Assembly: GCA_963748625.1 (NCBI GenBank)
Contig: CAVVJT010000004.1
Coordinates: 736,001 to 800,000, forward strand
Source: an uncultured Chloroflexia bacterium
GTDB taxonomy: Bacteria; Chloroflexota; Limnocylindria; Limnocylindrales; CSP1-4
Direction: 5' to 3'
DNA: 64,000 bases
Shown here: positions 63,709 through 64,000 of the stretch, one piece after another
Layout of the letters: each line of letters opens with the position of its first letter
Position numbering within the stretch: position 1 is the first letter of the stretch
Position numbers and translations under genes: made by a program
The notes under the pieces: generated by a model
Databases searched by the model: none
Seen by the model: only the letters and a program-made list of their open reading frames with translations
What the model was told of the DNA's origin: nothing

Positions 63709-64000
63709 TTGGCCCCGAGAATCTCGCTGGCCCTCGCGATCCACAACCACCAGCCCGTGGGAAACTTCGGCTGGGTGTTCGCCGAGGTCTACGACCGCGC
63801 CTACCTGCCCATGCTCGAGGCGCTCGAGCGGCACCCGGGCGTCCGCCTGTCGCTCCACTACACCGGTCCCCTGCTCGAGTGGCTCACGGCCGAGCGCCCC
63901 GACTTCCTCGAGCGGCTCGGCGCCCTCGTCCGGAGCGGGCAGGTGGAGCTCCTTGGTGGCGGCCTGTACGAGCCGATCCTCGCGTCGCTGCCCGAGCACG
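63709..64000 (+). CDS. GH57 alpha-amylase / 4-alpha-glucanotransferase, 3'-truncated by window edge
   Basis: TTG start after GAGAGG. HNHQPVGN, YLPML, HYTGPLLEWL, ELLGGGLYEPIL. Confidence 0.9.
   Translation, partial: MAPRISLALAIHNHQPVGNFGWVFAEVYDRAYLPMLEALERHPGVRLSLHYTGPLLEWLTAERPDFLERLGALVRSGQVELLGGGLYEPILASLPEH

Noticed and set aside
61483-63999. Long antisense ORFs (e.g. 61483-63999, 48120-50522, 20745-22769, 17354-19132, 8488-10185)
   Set aside because: Shadow ORFs opposite well-supported genes, expected at this GC content, with no recognisable motifs.

Overview
A very GC-rich (about 70% or more, by eye) bacterial chromosomal segment. The gene content (VOR-type 2-oxoacid:ferredoxin oxidoreductase, tungsten AOR, F420-dependent enzymes, DevR/DevS-like pair, sortase fold, GH57, many leaderless genes) suggests a Chloroflexota/Actinomycetota-like monoderm; this is an inference. 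About 62 CDSs and one tRNA-Gly(TCC) can be supported. Left part: anaerobic amino-acid/acyl-CoA metabolism plus a DevR-like low-oxygen module (USP, CBS, two-domain multicopper oxidase). Middle: fabI-crcB-DUF190, a Fur-family-controlled CbiMNQO-like ECF metal transporter, a DUF4395 gene with a Cys/Met-rich leader ORF, a large frameshifted secreted protein, and a 1.3 kb integrase-less islet bounded by a 47-bp tRNA-Gly direct repeat. Right part: a divergent PanB-like/SDR/LuxR cluster, HxlR-methyltransferase and DUF6325-MalT modules, a CoA-disulfide reductase/rhodanese/polyferredoxin cluster with a two-component system, a sortase-fold protein with Ser replacing the catalytic Cys, and glycogen genes (glgA, glgP, GH57). 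The most notable unannotated signals are the leaderless Cys/Met leader peptide with an anti-SD stem, the His-Ser-Lys sortase, the PanB paralog lacking its Mg2+ ligands, a displaced and synonymously diverged gene 3' end, and tandem repeats that repeatedly contain stop codons. No CRISPR array, rRNA, transposase or integrase was seen.
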